In this document: positions 60,098 to 64,000 of the stretch, in pieces
Layout: every line of letters begins with the position of its first letter
How positions within the stretch are numbered: position 1 is the stretch's first letter
NCBI GenBank assembly: GCA_049518415.1
Contig: JBEKRX010000071.1
Location: 18,214-82,213 of the forward strand
Length of the DNA stretch: 64,000 nt
Source: Verrucomicrobiota bacterium
GTDB lineage: Bacteria > Verrucomicrobiota > Verrucomicrobiia > Limisphaerales > UBA8199
Reading direction: 5' to 3'
Translations under genes and position numbers: made by a program
Notes under the pieces: generated by a model
The model's database searches: none
Told to the model about the DNA's origin: nothing
The model's input: only the letters and a program-made list of their open reading frames with translations

Positions 60098-60371
60098 TTA
60101 CTGGATGAGCTCGGAGGCGGGGTGGGCCATTTGGCGGTCGAGTGTGGCCAGTTTCATTGAGTGGCGGGCGGCTAATTCGCCCAGATAGGCACCCGTGAGA
60201 GCTTCACTGTCATTGGAGGAGGCAAGCTGCGCCGATATATCATCCGCCAAGAACTCGCATTTTTTTGACTTAATGAAGGCCTGGAGCAGCCGCTGACTTG
60301 ATGAAAGGCTGGCTCCGATTGGCCCGCGCGGGAATCACCATTTGCCCACGGCCGTAAATCGTAGCGTGCAT
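60098..60371 (-). pseudogene. collapsed AbrB/MazE antitoxin-VapC toxin locus
   Basis: MHATIYGRGQMVIPARA (AbrB-like start) joined out of frame to ...EFLADD...AYLGELAARHSMKLATLDRQMAHPASELIQ* (PIN-like end); not in the ORF track. Confidence 0.7.
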
Positions 60372-60378
60372 GCGAGAG

Positions 60379-60407
60379 ACAATGCCGTAAGCTTTGCTTA
60401 CGGTCAA
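60379..60407 (-). promoter_or_regulatory. promoter with perfect CCGTAAGC-N3-GCTTACGG operator
   Basis: TTGACC-17 bp-CATTGT, 7 nt before ATG 60371; palindrome at 60385-60403. Confidence 0.7.
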
Positions 60408-60439
60408 GTGCAAGCGGCAGCACCTAATTTCGGATTTGG

Positions 60440-60468
60440 TTGCACACCGGTCTGGCTCTGGCTATAAG
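60440..60468 (+). promoter_or_regulatory. putative ychF promoter (leaderless geometry)
   Basis: TTGCAC-17 bp-TATAAG, 7 nt before ATG. Confidence 0.5.
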
Positions 60469-60475
60469 TTGGCTC

Positions 60476-61585
60476 ATGCTAAAGGCCGGCATTGTTGGAC
60501 TGCCGAACGTGGGCAAGTCCACGCTCTTCAACGCGGTGACCCGTTCGCACAAGGCCCCCGCGGAGAACTACCCCTTCTGCACCATTGAACCCAACCTGGG
60601 CGTGGTCAGTGTGCCGGACCCGCGCCTGGCGCAGCTTGGCAAGGTCGCCAAGGTCGGCACGCTCATCTCCGCCACCATAGAATTCGTCGACATCGCCGGC
60701 CTGGTCAAGGGGGCCTCGAGGGGCGAGGGCCTGGGCAACAAATTCCTCAGCCACATCCGCGAGGTCGATGCCCTGGTGCAGGTCGTGCGCTGCTTTGAAG
60801 ACCCGGACATCGTGCACGTTACCGGCGGCATCGACCCGGTGCGCGACATTGAAATCGTGCTGACCGAGTTGGTGCTGGCCGATCTGGAGGCGGTCCACAA
60901 ACGGCTGGAGAAGCTCTCGCGCGACATCAAGCGCGGCGAGAAGCACGCCCTCCTGGAGGCGCGCCTGCTCGAGAAAATCGGGGCGCACCTCAACGCCGGC
61001 AAACCGGCCAACACCCTCGGCCTGCCGCTGGCCCCGGAGGAAAAAGCCATCGTCCGCACCTTCTTTCTCCTCACCGACAAGCCGACGATCTTCGCGGCCA
61101 ACGTAAAGGAGGGCGACCTTGCCGGCGCACAGGCCAATCCTTCGGTGGTCGCCGTGCGCGAGTATGCGCGGACTCATCATCATTGCGACACGGTGGTGAT
61201 CTGCGCCCAACTGGAGAGCGACCTGGCCGACCTGTCGCCGGAAGAGGGGCCGGCCTACCTGCGCGAGTTGGGGGTCAACGAATCGGGCCTGGATGCGCTC
61301 ATCCGCAGCACCTACCACCTGCTGGGCCTGCGGACTTTTTTTACCTTCAACGAGAAGGAAGTGCGCGCCTGGACCGTTCACGGCGGCGACACTGCCGTCA
61401 AAGCGGCCGGCACCGTTCACTCTGATTTCGAGCGCGGCTTCATCAAGGCCGAAACCGTCCATTGGGAGGACCTGGTCAAGCAAGGCTCGGTGGCCCGCGC
61501 CCGCGAGACTGGCCGCTACCGCGTCGAAGGCCGCGATTACGTGGTCCGCGACGGGGACGTGCTGCTGTTTAAGTTCAACGTTTGA
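60476..61585 (+). CDS. ychF: ribosome-binding ATPase YchF
   Basis: GIVGLPNVGKSTLFNA, NYPFCTIEPN, DIAGLVKGAS.GEGLGNKFL, HSDFERGFIKAE. Confidence 0.98.
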   Translation: MLKAGIVGLPNVGKSTLFNAVTRSHKAPAENYPFCTIEPNLGVVSVPDPRLAQLGKVAKVGTLISATIEFVDIAGLVKGASRGEGLGNKFLSHIREVDALVQVVRCFEDPDIVHVTGGIDPVRDIEIVLTELVLADLEAVHKRLEKLSRDIKRGEKHALLEARLLEKIGAHLNAGKPANTLGLPLAPEEKAIVRTFFLLTDKPTIFAANVKEGDLAGAQANPSVVAVREYARTHHHCDTVVICAQLESDLADLSPEEGPAYLRELGVNESGLDALIRSTYHLLGLRTFFTFNEKEVRAWTVHGGDTAVKAAGTVHSDFERGFIKAETVHWEDLVKQGSVARARETGRYRVEGRDYVVRDGDVLLFKFNV

Positions 61586-61593
61586 CGAGTTCT

Positions 61594-61740
61594 TAGAGTT
61601 CTTGACCGGCAAAACTCGTTGTAGTCAGGTCAAGTCTCGCTGCGATTGCAAGAGCGCGCTGAGCCAGCGCTTCTTTTAGGTGAATTGAATCCCGATTCCG
61701 AATCGGGATTCCAGAGGTGGTCTGAGGCGCAGCCTCGCTA
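61594..61740 (-). repeat. MITE-like repeat family A, full copy
   Basis: reverse complement of 2913-3057; TAG...CTA ends. Confidence 0.9.
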
Positions 61741-61768
61741 AATCTCGGAATTTATTTTTGCACGAGCC

Positions 61769-64000
<2,232 letters not shown>

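Overview
A high-GC bacterial window. Gene content (DUF1559 prepilin-like protein, Gloeo/Verruco-repeat protein, TIGR04073-like lipoprotein, N-terminally extended RecA) suggests Verrucomicrobiota, probably Pedosphaera/Limisphaera-like; this is inference. Housekeeping genes (ispE, etfAB/ETF-QO, hypF, recA, guaA, panB, moaC, mog, ychF) and two MoxR/DUF58 operons are interleaved with many secreted proteins, an Rhs protein, two intact and two decayed toxin-antitoxin modules, and a small lower-GC island behind guaA. There is a dense layer of non-coding repeats: three MITE-like families, REP-like hairpins, and 6-10-nt tandem arrays at gene junctions, some translated in frame. No rRNA, tRNA, CRISPR array or intact transposase was seen. 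Best candidate for an undescribed system: a ~70-aa 'PQL..W..W..FYRL' domain that ends three unrelated secreted proteins but sits at the N-terminus of the Rhs protein, whose C-terminus instead carries a 14-Cys bacteriocin-like tip with no adjacent immunity gene. Other leads: heptamer inverted-repeat elements translated inside HypF and BatB, and an identical GTAAGC-N3-GCTTAC operator in two promoters 50 kb apart. All family assignments come from motif recognition, not database searches.
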